From positions 9,424,001 through 9,488,000 of the forward strand of contig OZ059898.1 in the NCBI GenBank assembly GCA_964057225.1: a stretch of DNA of 64,000 nt. The letters are read 5' to 3'. Of this stretch, positions 32,454 to 45,009 are shown in pieces. Under the pieces are notes generated by a model. It saw only the letters and a program-made list of their open reading frames with translations. It was not told where the DNA came from and ran no database searches. A program made the translations under genes and the position numbers. Position 1 is the stretch's first letter; the number at the start of each line of letters is the position of its first letter. Source of the stretch: Auanema rhodensis (Eukaryota; Animalia; Nematoda).

Positions 32454-33126
32454 TCTGTGAGTCTCCTTCTTGTGGTGTGTAATATGATTCGGCGGCAGTA
32501 TCACAAGTCTTTGACCTTTTACTTTTGAGTGTACGGACCGGTGATGGTGAATATCTAATAACAGCTTTACGATGACGAGGCGTTCTAGGTAATATAGTAG
32601 AGTCCAAGTCTGTAACAGCCGGTTCAGCTCTAGTTACAACCTCAACTGAATCATTGTCAGCCGACTCTCTTCTAGTTTGTTTCTTGTTAGAACTTGGTAC
32701 GCCTTTACTGGCTAAAAACTTTGACAAAACTGAAAATCCATTGGGCTCCGTTTTTGTTTTATCCAATACAAAATCTAAAATTTTTGTAATATTCGTGTTT
32801 GGTACAGCCTCATTATTGATCACAAGTTGGTTATTCTTGTTTGTGCGCACCTCTGGAAATTTCTCCCACAAATTGTTATACTTTCTTGGCAACTTGTATT
32901 CTGGCAATAGAGGTGGATCAGCATTTTCCACTTGTACTGATATGGGCGCATCTATACTTTCTCTATAGTTTTTGAGACGTGCAATCAAGTCTTCGTATAG
33001 TTCAGCCTTTTTATAGTCGGGTATAGCTCTATTTTCTCGTAAAAGCTTGAGCTCTGCATCAAACTTGTCTATATTAATTGTTTCCTCGTCAACAGGAATT
33101 AGTCGATATTTATGGTTGAGCTTCAT
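32410..33126 (-). CDS. Basic-tail protein (QNGQG), copy B
   Basis: Ortholog of 22014-22751. Confidence 0.75.
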   Translation of the reverse strand: MKLNHKYRLIPVDEETINIDKFDAELKLLRENRAIPDYKKAELYEDLIARLKNYRESIDAPISVQVENADPPLLPEYKLPRKYNNLWEKFPEVRTNKNNQLVINNEAVPNTNITKILDFVLDKTKTEPNGFSVLSKFLASKGVPSSNKKQTRRESADNDSVEVVTRAEPAVTDLDSTILPRTPRHRKAVIRYSPSPVRTLKSKRSKTCDTAAESYYTPQEGDSQNGQGRKRFYIRLWK

Positions 33127-33431
33127 GATTTAAAACCAAAATAGGCAATACCACATGTAACTATTGTTTTCAATTGTTTGTGTGAAAGCGTTGCCAATAA
33201 TGATTTAGCCTTTTCCGGTGTGCGTATCAAAGCTATTTGACGTAATAATGAAGATATGGGCAAGAGGGTTTTATATTCCTTGTTAGTTAAAAGAAAATTA
33301 TTATTTTTCACAATATTAAATACAATTTCAACAATAATTTCAATTTGTGCAAAAGAAAATGAGGAAACAGAACAAGGAGTTTTGGCGCAAGAAGACAAAA
33401 AGTTGAAATTTGACAAAATACGACCACTCAT
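33123..33431 (-). CDS. 102-aa conserved protein, copy B
   Basis: Ortholog of 21709-22017. Confidence 0.75.
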   Translation of the reverse strand: MSGRILSNFNFLSSCAKTPCSVSSFSFAQIEIIVEIVFNIVKNNNFLLTNKEYKTLLPISSLLRQIALIRTPEKAKSLLATLSHKQLKTIVTCGIAYFGFKS

Positions 33432-33443
33432 TGAACAAGCACT

Positions 33444-34091
33444 TTAAACACTAAACACATTTCTGGCAACATAAACAATAGGGTTCTCCGCTGTTATATC
33501 AGATAGTATACGCTGCTTCTCACTTGTTAAAGGATGATTGTCAATCAGTAAATGACTATAGGGAGTAGACATTGCATCATCATACGCCTCTAGAGCATTT
33601 TTGAAACGTGGCCCAAATAATTGCTGCAGACAATTACGTATTTGTAATATATCTGAATGACTTTTCATCAGTATTATATATGTACTATTGATTCGACTGG
33701 TCCTGTCCAGTTGAAATGCCGCTTGCACAAGATTAAACACTGCCAAATTCCAGTGATGAGCCCATACTGTAAAAATGTTGTTGAGTAATTCCTTTGCTGC
33801 TTTATTCGATGAAAAAAAGTTCATCAAATCATCCAGCACTAGTATAGTATTTACTCCCTTTTGTTCTTTTATCAAATCAGGATCAGGAGGCCCTTGAATA
33901 ATTATTAAACGCTCATCATTTATTGGTACACCTGACGATGACCCACATTGACTGAACCAGAATATTCTATCAATGGGGACGTTGAAAAACTTTTCAGTAT
34001 TTTCACATATGTGCTTTATGAGGGTTGTTTTACCGCATTGGGTAGCACCTATTACAGTTGTCTGACTGGGTAGTTTGAAGCTGAAAACCAT
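33444..34091 (-). CDS. Packaging ATPase, copy B
   Basis: GATQCGKT, LVLDD. Confidence 0.9.
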   Translation of the reverse strand: MVFSFKLPSQTTVIGATQCGKTTLIKHICENTEKFFNVPIDRIFWFSQCGSSSGVPINDERLIIIQGPPDPDLIKEQKGVNTILVLDDLMNFFSSNKAAKELLNNIFTVWAHHWNLAVFNLVQAAFQLDRTSRINSTYIILMKSHSDILQIRNCLQQLFGPRFKNALEAYDDAMSTPYSHLLIDNHPLTSEKQRILSDITAENPIVYVARNVFSV

Positions 34092-34170
34092 AATCAACCA
34101 CTCGTAAATGTACCTAAAATGCAAATGATTTCATTTGCAATAGTGTAGACGTATCAAGTGGTGGTTTGTC

Positions 34171-35028
34171 ATGGATGATTTTTACATTACTCTTCCATCA
34201 TCAGTTGACTCTGAAAAAAGTAATACATCATCAGTGTTTCTTACCAGATTACCTGAAACACTAAGGCTACGCAATAATAGATATTGCATTGGGCTGACAG
34301 ACATCATTTTTCCTTGTTCTATATTAAATGTTCAAAAAGATTTATCTTATACACTACGTTTTTCCAATAGAAAATTTATTCTACACTTGCCTAAAGGCAA
34401 CTATGCAAATGGTGATGAAATAATACGCGGAATCAATGCTGGAAGAGAATCATTTATCGCCAACAATACAAAGCCTCTTGGAGCTGAGGAAGAAGCACGT
34501 ATAAAAAGTTTAATAGATAAAGATGAAGATGTAAAAAAATGGTATAATAATCGCCAGGCTGAGGCTAAGCTAGTGGAAGAAATGCTCGCAGATGCCACAT
34601 TTCAGTTTAACAAAACATTGCAGCGCATAGAGTTTGTAACAAGCAAGCGACTATTAATGAATGCAACGCTTGGTGATGATTTTGCATATTTTCTTGGTTT
34701 TGAAAATAAAAACATCAACGATACAATAATAGCCAGGCGTCCCATTGATTTTTCAAATAACATTAATACAATGTATATATATTGTGATATTGTAGAATAT
34801 TCCATTCTTGGTAATGTGAAAGCTAATTTACTTGCATGTTTACCTGTACCACCTCCTACTGAATTTGGTAAAATGATTGCCAAAACATTTAATCCTATTC
34901 GTTATGTACCAATCACTAGACAAACACTCGATACCATACGTATTGAAATTTTAGATGAATTTGGTCGTCCTATGCAATTTAATTATGGTTCTACAGTTGT
35001 TACATTACATGTTAAAAATATGAAATAA
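34171..35028 (+). CDS. Minor capsid protein, copy B
   Basis: Ortholog of 20112-20969. Confidence 0.85.
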   Translation: MDDFYITLPSSVDSEKSNTSSVFLTRLPETLRLRNNRYCIGLTDIIFPCSILNVQKDLSYTLRFSNRKFILHLPKGNYANGDEIIRGINAGRESFIANNTKPLGAEEEARIKSLIDKDEDVKKWYNNRQAEAKLVEEMLADATFQFNKTLQRIEFVTSKRLLMNATLGDDFAYFLGFENKNINDTIIARRPIDFSNNINTMYIYCDIVEYSILGNVKANLLACLPVPPPTEFGKMIAKTFNPIRYVPITRQTLDTIRIEILDEFGRPMQFNYGSTVVTLHVKNMK

Positions 35029-35033
35029 ACGTT

Positions 35034-35498
35034 TTATTCAACAGTTATACAATACCACATTTTTATTTTCGAAGGTTTAAAAGATAGTTTAGGGCAGTTT
35101 TGTTTGTCGCTCGGCTCGTGTTGTGAATGTTCTCCGTCACTATTGCTGCGGCATCTTTTTGATTGGGTTGAATGTACAAACTCCTCAGCTTTTTCAAAGG
35201 GTTTGCTGGTATCATTTCCATCACCATCTTCACCATTCGTTCCATTATTATTATGAATACGCCGAATATGACGCTCACAATTGAATCTTGTTCCAAAAGT
35301 TTCACTACAATGAGGGCACAAACGTCTACGAACACCATCCAAATGTCCATATTTTTGAATAAAGTCAGCATTGCTGATATAATTGTTACATATGGGTTGA
35401 ATCCCTGCATGTCTTTTCAAAACGTGATCACTAAAATGCTTGGTTGAAGAAAATATTTCCTTGCATGTACCACAATATTTGTTACATAAAAGTTCCAT
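35034..35498 (-). CDS. C2H2 zinc-finger protein, copy B
   Basis: Two C2H2 fingers. Confidence 0.8.
   Translation of the reverse strand: MELLCNKYCGTCKEIFSSTKHFSDHVLKRHAGIQPICNNYISNADFIQKYGHLDGVRRRLCPHCSETFGTRFNCERHIRRIHNNNGTNGEDGDGNDTSKPFEKAEEFVHSTQSKRCRSNSDGEHSQHEPSDKQNCPKLSFKPSKIKMWYCITVE
35063..35410 (-). CDS. Overprinted hydrophobic protein, copy B
   Basis: Four substitutions relative to A from MLTL onward. Confidence 0.7.
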   Translation of the reverse strand: MQGFNPYVTIISAMLTLFKNMDIWMVFVDVCALIVVKLLEQDSIVSVIFGVFIIIMERMVKMVMEMIPANPLKKLRSLYIQPNQKDAAAIVTENIHNTSRATNKTALNYLLNLRK

Positions 35499-35539
35499 TA
35501 GAGGAAAATGAAAAACGACCACACGCAATCAACCCACTT

Positions 35540-35710
35540 TTATATAATGAGCAATAATATGACTAGTGTTGTACAAAAGCCCAATCCCAATGCTATACCT
35601 TTAATAAATGGCACTGAAATACATTTCAACATTCTCCTGTATAAAGGCGCTGGTTTAGACTGCTCCAACGTGTATTTGACACATAATTCACAGTGACAAG
35701 GAATATTCAT
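35540..35710 (-). CDS. 56-aa membrane peptide, copy B
   Basis: MNIPCHCELC...LVILLLII. Confidence 0.65.
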   Translation of the reverse strand: MNIPCHCELCVKYTLEQSKPAPLYRRMLKCISVPFIKGIALGLGFCTTLVILLLII

Positions 35711-35751
35711 AACTGACCACGTAATGTAGCAGGTTATTAATGACAAATTTC

Positions 35752-36207
35752 TTATATAGTAGCCAATTTATAGTCGAATACTTTATGCATAAACGCTTTA
35801 ATAAAGACATCATCATTTTTCAATAGTTTAAAAAATGAACAAATGCTTTCAAATGAATTACCAGCCGACAACATTAGTATTACAAATACCACGTAGCCAC
35901 CACAAGTGTATTCAATTATACGTTGTGGTTTGCAAGTATTAATTTTTACCTTTTTATATTTGGCCAGATAATTTTGAATGTACTTGTTCATTTTATATCC
36001 CAAGCTACAGAAAAAATAGGCTTGCTTGTTACGGACAAAGATGACCTGCCAATGTGTGCCTGGCTTATCATGTGTGTCAGTATTTACGACAAGTGCAAAG
36101 TTTCTACGACGCGTTTTGGGTAGAGTATCAGCGCTATATACACCGAGGAATAGTTTCCGAGTGCTGGGTACAGATTGCAATAGTGATACTATTTCAGACG
36201 AATACAT
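35752..36207 (-). CDS. Maturation cysteine protease, copy B
   Basis: PGTHW, YTCGG. Confidence 0.88.
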   Translation of the reverse strand: MYSSEIVSLLQSVPSTRKLFLGVYSADTLPKTRRRNFALVVNTDTHDKPGTHWQVIFVRNKQAYFFCSLGYKMNKYIQNYLAKYKKVKINTCKPQRIIEYTCGGYVVFVILMLSAGNSFESICSFFKLLKNDDVFIKAFMHKVFDYKLATI

Positions 36208-36258
36208 TTTAGTAGAATGATCTAGTGTAACTTTTGTATTGCGCGCGTGCGGTTCGAT

Positions 36259-36711
36259 ATGCCACACCTCCTTTTGGATGTCAACTCTATTCAATGGACA
36301 ACACTTTTAAATCAACAAATGGGTGGCGCCCCATTTAGCGGAATGATGTTTCAACGTGGAATGCAGAGGGGTCATGGTTTGGGTGGTATTTTGGCAACTT
36401 TGGCATCATTTCTACCACGCATCATTCAATCACCTATAGCCCAAAATCTCATCAATGCCGGAAGAAACGCCTTATCCAGTGCTGTAAGCAATAGTCCAGT
36501 TGTAAATTCACCTCTTGGCGGACAGTTGCTGAAAACTGGTAATGAAATTGTCGATGGGGTGCTGAAAGGCGATAATATCAAGGAAACTCTTAAAACAGCC
36601 GGCCGGCAAGCTATACGAGATCTTACCGGTTTGGGCAAACGGCGACGACGCAAAACCACAAAACCTCATAAGCGGTTGTGCATCACTCGTGAGCGGTCGT
36701 TTCACATTTAA
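36259..36711 (+). CDS. Putative core/membrane-lytic protein, copy B
   Basis: Ortholog of 18425-18877. Confidence 0.7.
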   Translation: MPHLLLDVNSIQWTTLLNQQMGGAPFSGMMFQRGMQRGHGLGGILATLASFLPRIIQSPIAQNLINAGRNALSSAVSNSPVVNSPLGGQLLKTGNEIVDGVLKGDNIKETLKTAGRQAIRDLTGLGKRRRRKTTKPHKRLCITRERSFHI

Positions 36712-38046
36712 ATGGCTAAATTGATAGATTCAAAATCAGCACAAGCCCTTTTACCTAATATAAACTATGGTGATATACCTGCGTCGGCATTAGGTGTTGA
36801 ATCCACTCGCACTGTACAAGTCCCTTTGAAAAATACTTTTCTTCCTCAAGGACCATGGGAATTTGTTATAGCTCAAAATTCCAAATCATTCCTCAATCTG
36901 AGAAGATGTTGGTTGAATGTAAAATTTAAAATTGTAACCACAAACGGTGATCCAGTACCAGACAACCTTGTTTTTGCACCATGTCAACAATTTGCTGCCA
37001 GTTTAATACATTCGTATCATTTGAAAATTGGCGATGTTAGCGTGTATGACTCTACCGTGAATCATGCCTATAAAACATATATCGAGAATATTTTAATGTA
37101 TAGCAACGATGTTAAAGAGAGCAAACTTGCCATATCAGGCTATTATGCTGATAGATATATAGATAATGCATCCAGTGCTGGATTTAGAACGCGTCAAACG
37201 CTTGTAAAAAATGGCATATTGTGTGAGATGGCTGCTCCCGTCAGTATCGACCTATTTAATCAAGAGCGACTGTTTGTAAACTATTCAAAAATGGAGCTAA
37301 CTGCATATCCAAACCGTGATAACTTTTTAATTGACACTCTAGGCTGGAATAATGAAAACAAGGATACTACATTAAAGGAGGAGTTTCCAAATTTGAAAGT
37401 AGATATCAGCGATGTACATTTGCTCATTCAAGAGTTTGATCTAAACGCTGGATTAGCTATGGCTATAGAAGATAAACTCGCAAAGGATCGAATACACTAC
37501 CCCATGACATCAGTGAAAATGCGCTCTTATTTCATAGAAGGAGGCCGCTTGGATTCACCTAATAACATATTATTCACGTCTCATACACCAAAACGTGTTG
37601 TAGTAGGTCTTGTTGGCGCACACGCTTATAATGGTACTTTTAAACATTCGCCATTCAACTTTAAACCGTTTGATTTGAAAAATATATACTTGACGCTCAA
37701 CAATAGGGTAATACCTACCCGTCCTTATAATTTAGAATGGCGATCTTCCTATGCCACAGCATATATTGACATGCTCGAAGGTTTGGGACTTGGTCGTACA
37801 GATTCATCCAATGGTATTACACCAGCAATGTATAAAGCTGGTTTCACATTTTTTGTATTTGATATTTCTCCTACTGTGCATTCGTCAGAGTTATTTGATG
37901 TTATACGACAAGGTAATGTAGCCTTGAAATTGGAATTTGGTCAACAAACGCCGCAAGAGGGCTTATATGCAATTGTTTATGCAGAGTATGACTCTATTCT
38001 TTCAATTGACAACAATCGTGCTCCATATATTGATACCAGTTTGTAA
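36712..38046 (+). CDS. Major capsid protein, copy B
   Basis: 444 aa, intact. Confidence 0.88.
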   Translation: MAKLIDSKSAQALLPNINYGDIPASALGVESTRTVQVPLKNTFLPQGPWEFVIAQNSKSFLNLRRCWLNVKFKIVTTNGDPVPDNLVFAPCQQFAASLIHSYHLKIGDVSVYDSTVNHAYKTYIENILMYSNDVKESKLAISGYYADRYIDNASSAGFRTRQTLVKNGILCEMAAPVSIDLFNQERLFVNYSKMELTAYPNRDNFLIDTLGWNNENKDTTLKEEFPNLKVDISDVHLLIQEFDLNAGLAMAIEDKLAKDRIHYPMTSVKMRSYFIEGGRLDSPNNILFTSHTPKRVVVGLVGAHAYNGTFKHSPFNFKPFDLKNIYLTLNNRVIPTRPYNLEWRSSYATAYIDMLEGLGLGRTDSSNGITPAMYKAGFTFFVFDISPTVHSSELFDVIRQGNVALKLEFGQQTPQEGLYAIVYAEYDSILSIDNNRAPYIDTSL

Positions 38047-38187
38047 TGTATGTAATAAATTCTTTAAAACATTTGATGAGAAGAATAAAATTTATTAATA
38101 CAACTATTTTTAAAAATATACATGTACAATGATAAAATTTTATAAATACAAATATATACAAGATAAAAATTTATAAATTCAAATATA

Positions 38188-41100
38188 TTAAACACAATAA
38201 CCGTAGGGTAAAGTACTATAATCTTGTAGATAACAAAGTTTATCCATTACAACTTTAGTACTTTTTGTCATATCCATTGTGGATATGGCACCGAGTTGCC
38301 TCTTTAACAAGGTTGTATTGGTTTTCAAAACCAATTTCTCTCCATCCATAACGAGTCCGCGAACCAGTCGCTCCATACTTTCAAAGTTTACCACTGACGC
38401 TGCCGTGTGGTCCAACGTCTGAAAATTATAAAATTATTTGAAAAGTCAAAGCTCGTACTTACCACTCCCTTTGCCTTTGTTACATATTTTACATCACCAG
38501 CTGCATTTACAAGTTTATAACTATAAACTTTTGCCGCTGGTGACACAAACTTGGTCATTGACCAACCATCGGGTATTTCAGAGGTTAGTTTACCTAACCA
38601 TTCACCCTTCATATCCTCAATTGGATCAGGCTCATCTAGGCATCTTTGATAAATTAGTGAATCCGTGTCTAAATAATGTAAATTTAAATTGAATACAAAG
38701 TATAAAATTACCTGTATACACCAAATTCTTTCCAATTTTCTCCATCGCCTTATACAATAGTAGCCTTGCATGAGCGGTTGTATAGGCCGCAATAGCTACG
38801 TTTGTAAAAGGCGGTGGTGCCAAATGTGAATCCTCTGGTACTGTTGTGCAGTACGCAACATTATCCACAATTTTGAACCCAGTGAGTTCCCTTGCAGGAT
38901 CAGTAATGATCCTACCAATTTCCGGGTCCTCAACACCAATAATCTTGGTTTGGGCTTTATCAGGTCTTTGACCCATTTTACCCCAGACACTATAAGCAAA
39001 TTTGTAATGTATTGTTTTTAAAAAGTTTACAAACCTATTTAGCTGCAGTTTGGCAATGCTACGCATGGCAGCATTCTTTTCAATTTTATTGCTCTCCAGA
39101 GCAACACCAGTGTTCTCCTCGTGCTCTTGGAGATATATCACCTGTAAAATTCTATTTAATGTGATACTTTTATTAAAACATACCTTTTCTTCCTCTGTCA
39201 TGTTTGGCTTTGGCCAGCCCGACGCCTCTTGTTTAATTTTTATGTACTTTTGTACAAACTCTTTAAACAGGCCGCCTTGTTGCCATTCTTCCCAGTGCCA
39301 CACCTCATGCACATTAAGCACTTTATAGCCACGTTGTATGGCACACTCGAGCTCAACATGTGTCACAGTTAGGTGCAGCTTTCTAGCATTTACATCATTT
39401 TGGTGCTCACATGCTACATTTTTACTCTTGACTGCACAAGTGCGGCAGTTTGTAAAAATTAATTTACCGCCAATACGTGTGCCTAATACAGGGTACAGCA
39501 AATTTGTGGGTGCAAGCACGTCACATTTTACTAGCCCCTTGTATGGGCAACATGTCTCAAAGCTTTTGAAACCCTCAGTAATAACTTTGGGATTACCTAC
39601 AGGGTAATAGGCATCAAAAGCGGTGACATATGGATATAGTGAACAAAAGTCCACATACTCGAGCGAGTATCTATCCGAAGCTTGTGCCAAAAGCTTATAT
39701 GTCTGGGTGCGGCCACCGGTAAAGGCATCTCTAGGTGCCAAGCGTGTAACAACATTTGTTTCACGCATAAATTTCGCCATTTCTTCATTGGCCGAAATTT
39801 GAGCATTAATTTCGTGCTCCCACACTGTGGTAACACTAATGCCTTGGCTTTGAATTGCTTCAAGCCTTTTCATGGTTTTATCATAAACCTAAATTTTTCA
39901 AATTAAAATGATTAAAAAAGTCACAATTACCTCTTCCATTGTTTCACTATTTCTGCCTGGTGCTATAGCGCTCTTGTTGGTGCACTGGGGGCAACCATGG
40001 TAAATGCAACCATTAATCTACAAAAATTTGCATTTTTTACATTTATTACAAATTACTCACCTCATAGCCATGATTGGCAACGGGGTCATAAGCATCGAGT
40101 AGATAGCGATGGCCATCTACTCTCACTGCAAATTCGCCACCATTAAGCTTATGCATTAATGGGCGGCCCAATCCTTGTTCTAGCCATTTTATATACTTTA
40201 TGGCTATTATACTCTGCTTTTGACCGGCATAATAACCAGTCTCGGGCAGAATACCCACTTGGTTCTCTTTAATATGGTTCATTTTCAACTGTAATATACT
40301 AGTTTTGAAAATGCTTGTATTTGAAAAAACTTGCCTGGAATAAAGAGAAACTGGCAAATGTCATACATTGTATGACAGGGTTCCAGCCAGTGGTGGCGGT
40401 TGCCAACTTCATGTAAACTTTCATACAGTTGGTTAAAATACGGACATCTGTCCTACAATATTCCAAAAGCTCTTCATCAAAATCAAACGCTCTTTGATTA
40501 CGCTCTTCATACCAAATATCGAATGAAGCTAGGTCTTCTGCTTTCATTCTAGCAGTACAATAGTACTGTTTTGGTGGTAAAGATGGTAACACTTTGCCAT
40601 AATTTATTGGGTGATTATAGAGGTAAGGAAACTGTCCTTTACTCATATCAGGTACACCAAATGCCTTGGGTAACGCTGATAGGGGTAAAGGCACTAATAA
40701 ATAACTATCTTTAAAATATAAATGATTAAATTTTTGACCTCTTAAAGGCTTGACAACCATGCTTATAATCTTGGTCCCATTTAAAATTGGATCAGGATAT
40801 ATTCCACGGTTTATCAGCCTAGACACCAAGAAATGTATGTCAAAGCGTGAACCATTATGCGCAATCAAAATTGCATTATCATTCTCAACAGAGTTGAGTA
40901 ACCAATCAAGGAAACGATCTGTTACAGACCATTCACTATCACCTTGTTGGTACCCAAAATGGCCCTCCTTGGTTGTGCATTTTTCGCATGAATTGGCATC
41001 TATACAACTTTCACAAAATTTATTATACACAACCATATTGGGCCATTGTTCATCTGCATATTCATGAACATTTGTACCGTTTTTTAACACAACCGTTTCA

Positions 41101-43403
41101 AAGTCATAGAATATAATCTTAAACAAGTAAGCATTACACTTGTAAAGATGTAAAATACAAACCTTGTATTTTTCTTGCCTCTTTTTTAACTGATCCTTCT
41201 TCTTGTCGTTAGGTGGTACCCAACAACAAGAATGATCTTCAGGCTTTGTTTGCCCACACTTTTTGCAAAATTTCTCATTGCAATTGTGCGGTCTATCAGC
41301 ACGTACTCTGTGATAATGATCACAGTTTTCACATGTCTGAATTTAGTCATGTTAAATTTTATATATATTTTTTAAATTACCTTAAACATTCGACATGTTT
41401 TTCTAATATGCCTGTCAAAGCATTGACGAGTTTTGAACAAAACTCTACAACTATCACATCTTATGCTACTCTCAACCACATTTTCCATCGAATTACATTT
41501 TAAGGTGTGGCATTTCTTACACTTGGCTTTACATCTATGCAACACTGTTTTGTAAGATAATTTACAGTGTTGGCATATAATACCATCAAAAATCTGTGAT
41601 CTACTACAAGTTGTAATACAGTCATAATGATTATTTCGGTAGCCTAGTGTTACCACTTTGCTAGCCGTTTCATTAAAGATACGCTGAATAGCGTACATAC
41701 GCTGTCCAGGTGGCCTAGCGTATACTACAAACTTATAGTCTGTATTAGAACTTGCAATAATATTTAAATGGTTCAAATTATAATTTGGTAAATGTACAGA
41801 AATACCACACCTATTCAATAAATTGATATGATGTGGTTGATTTGGCAACAAGATGTAGTTGCGACGAAGATTTTGAATCCTCCGCTTCTCAACAACATCT
41901 TCTGCTGCCTCTTCATCGGCTCTCCACATTCCCACAACTGCTGCTCTAGCCAGGCAATGTGTATCAGTGTTCTCAATTGTGCCAGGTATTTTGAGTTCGG
42001 CATCAAAATAGAAACCAACTCTACCTTCACCAGGCATCAGGCTTGGCTGCACTGGTCTCTCATCAAACACATACATTTCAATATTCATTGCCTGGCTAAT
42101 TACAGCCTCTCGCTTTGATTGCTGCACCTTGCTGATGGCATTCATGATGGCAACGCCATCCAAATGCTCCCTTCTACGGAAATCCATAAATATGGATCCC
42201 TTTTCAAAGGATGGGTGCTCTATTGATAAACAAAATAGCGCTTTTTGTTAATCTGGCACACCACTTTCAGCAAGGCACCGATCAAGAAACTCATTAAATA
42301 GCCGCGGCATGACAACATGCATTGGCTCATTAATGGCTTCCAAATGTGGGAACGTGAGCGATCTAACGACCACGTTGGTGAACCGACCAGTGCGTTTTAT
42401 GCGTCGGTGTGACCACTATAATACACACTTTTTATAATGGTTATTTAGTTTAGATATTTAGTTTAAATATAAATAATGTTTGTTTATAACTTTTAATAAA
42501 TTTACTTTTCTTTAAATTATTTTTATATTCTTTTATTAAAAATAAATGGCATTTGATTTTTAAATATAAAGATTTTTTTTTTTATCAACTTTGAAAAAAC
42601 TTTTATAAACATTTGTTAATGTTTAAAAATTAATGAGAAGGTCAAGATGGTGTTTTATTATTTTACTAGTTCAAAATGTTTGAAATATTTATAATTTGTA
42701 AGAATTCAAAATTGGTTGAAAGAAAGATAGATAGTGAGATGAAATGTAAAGATTTTAAAATGAATGCTGTTCAAAAGAATGAATATGTAAATTTCAAAAT
42801 ACTTGCAATTTGTTTGATAAAAGATATAGATTGAGATGAAATGTAAAGATGAGAGAGAGAGAATTTTATGAATGCAATTGAAAAAGATAAATAAATTTCA
42901 AAATGTTTTCAAAATATGCAACTGGAGCAAGAGAAAATTTCATGTTTCAAAAGATATATTATGAAATGATATGTAAATAAAAGATCGCACCTCTATTTTA
43001 CAGACATCGTTGAAAGCCGCTCCATATCCGACTTGCCCTCCACTGGTTGATGGGGTAGCGGGATCCCATTCTCTTAAAAAGAAAAAACTAATTGTTATAA
43101 TTTTTAATATCGCTTACTCATCACTGTCATCCAAGGTTATTACTTCAATAACCCTTGATGATGAGGGCCCACTGTTAAAAGTGGGTGATGTGGGCTCACA
43201 GAGCTCGATCCCACCAGCCTCGGTAAACTTTATACGTTTACTAAAAAACAAAATATATATAAAGATTCAAAATATTGTTAAATTACCTGAGCTGATTAAT
43301 CTCTTCATAATCAAATCCTAGCTCTTCACATAAACGTTTATAACTGAAAAAAGAAAAAGTTTACAAACAAATAAACAAAAAGACACAACCTATTAGCAGC
43401 CAT
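38188..43403 (-). pseudogene. pPolB: pPolB, copy B; same exon structure as A, with one in-frame TAA at 42248-42250
   Basis: Exons match A. GAT TAA CAA replaces GAT AAG CAA. Confidence 0.85.
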
Positions 43404-44458
43404 TGTACCTTGATATAATGAATATATCAGTCTACACATTGCTGTTGGCATTGTAATTTGTTATGTAACATGGATTTGGGTACAGCTGTCAAAACTAGCA
43501 GTTGCGATAAACTTTAAAATAAATAAGCTTATTGAATACATCTGTTTTTATTGTCCCCGTCGGATTAATTTTTGTTATTAGTTCTTATTAAATTAACTTT
43601 ATGCGTTTCATTGAGGTCAGCGCAACTGTTTGTTAATCTTATTGTATTTACCTTCAATGTGTGCTCTATTTAGTTATTGTATTGTTATATTAGTAAAATA
43701 AAGTTTAAAACTAATCTTTTATTATAATTTGAAACCTTTACTTGTTAGAATAAATATAATTAATAACAATTTGTAATTTCAAAAATTAATAATTTAATGT
43801 CGTTCTTATCGAATTAACTTTCGATATGTGTTCCATTAAATTTTGGTATTTTATATCGTTCTTATCGAATTAACTTTCGATATGTGTTCCATTAAATTTT
43901 GGTATTTCATATCGTTCTTATCGAATTAACCTTCGATATGTGTTCCATTGAATTACCCGTAACAAGTACGGTGAACAAAACGATATACATGCAAAAATTT
44001 TACTGTTCTTTAAAATAAAAACAATACAAACACAATACAATAAAAAATAAACAAAATAAGTAAACAAACATTATTAATAAATTTAATAAATAAATAAAAT
44101 TTAAAAAACAAATTTACATATTTAAGTATTTAAATATTTAAAATTTATAATTTTTATTTTTACTTAATATATTTAAAAATAATTAAAACTATATACATAC
44201 ATTTGAATAAACAAATTTAAAATTTGATTTAAAAAAAAAAAAAAAAAAATCATGCTTTAAATCATGATTTTTAAATTTAAAAAAGGAAAATCCATGAACC
44301 ATGATCCCAAAATATGATTTTAACAGCTGACGCTCAAAAATATGTTTTTGACAGCTGACGCGCCCCAAAAGTATGTTTTTAGCAGCTGAAGCCCCCAAAA
44401 GTATGTTTTTGACAGCTGTTTGGGGGCGTGGTTAGTAAATTTTGCACGGCTCTCTACT

Positions 44459-45004
44459 AACCAGCAGCATCAATACAACTTTTCCAACGATCATATAACT
44501 TATACATACCATTATGATAAAATTCATGAGAGCGAGAACTGACGAATTCTTCAAACGCTGTTATTGCATCTTCTCGTGTTCGAAATCGTTTCCCAGTCAA
44601 GAAGTGGTCTAAGTGTTTAAAAAAATGATAATCAGTAGGGGACAGGTCTGGTGAATATGGAGGATGAGGTAGAGTTTCATAGTTCAATTCTCCTAGTTTT
44701 TCTATTGTCTTTCTTCCTATATGTGGCCTCGCGTTGTCGTGAAGTAAAATTGGTCCTTTTCTACTGACTAATCCTGGCTGTTTCTCCAATAATTTCTGAT
44801 GCGTTATTTTAATTTCAGCTGCGTAGGTTTCAGAAGTGATGTTTTCTCCCGAGTTCAGGAATCTATAGTGAATTAAACCTGAGCTTGTCTACCAAACTGT
44901 TATCAAGAACTTCTTCTGACTAAGGCTCGGCTTTGCGAACTGTTTTGGAGCTTCTGTGCGATCAAGCCATTGTGCCTGTCTTGTTCTGTTGTCGTATATA
45001 ATCA
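44459..45004 (-). pseudogene. mariner transposase fragment (inverted duplicate of about 27690-28234)
   Basis: Same peptide and same TAG nonsense codon. Confidence 0.9.
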
Positions 45005-45009
45005 TATAT

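Larger units (their letters stand above)
29045..44458 (-). mobile_element. Maverick/Polinton copy B, inverted relative to A; one terminus intact (44458), the other lacks about 160 terminal bp
   Basis: Same gene order as A. TIR homology between about 29045-29870 and 43615-44298. Ends ...GGCTCTCTACT. No TSD can be recovered. Confidence 0.95.
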
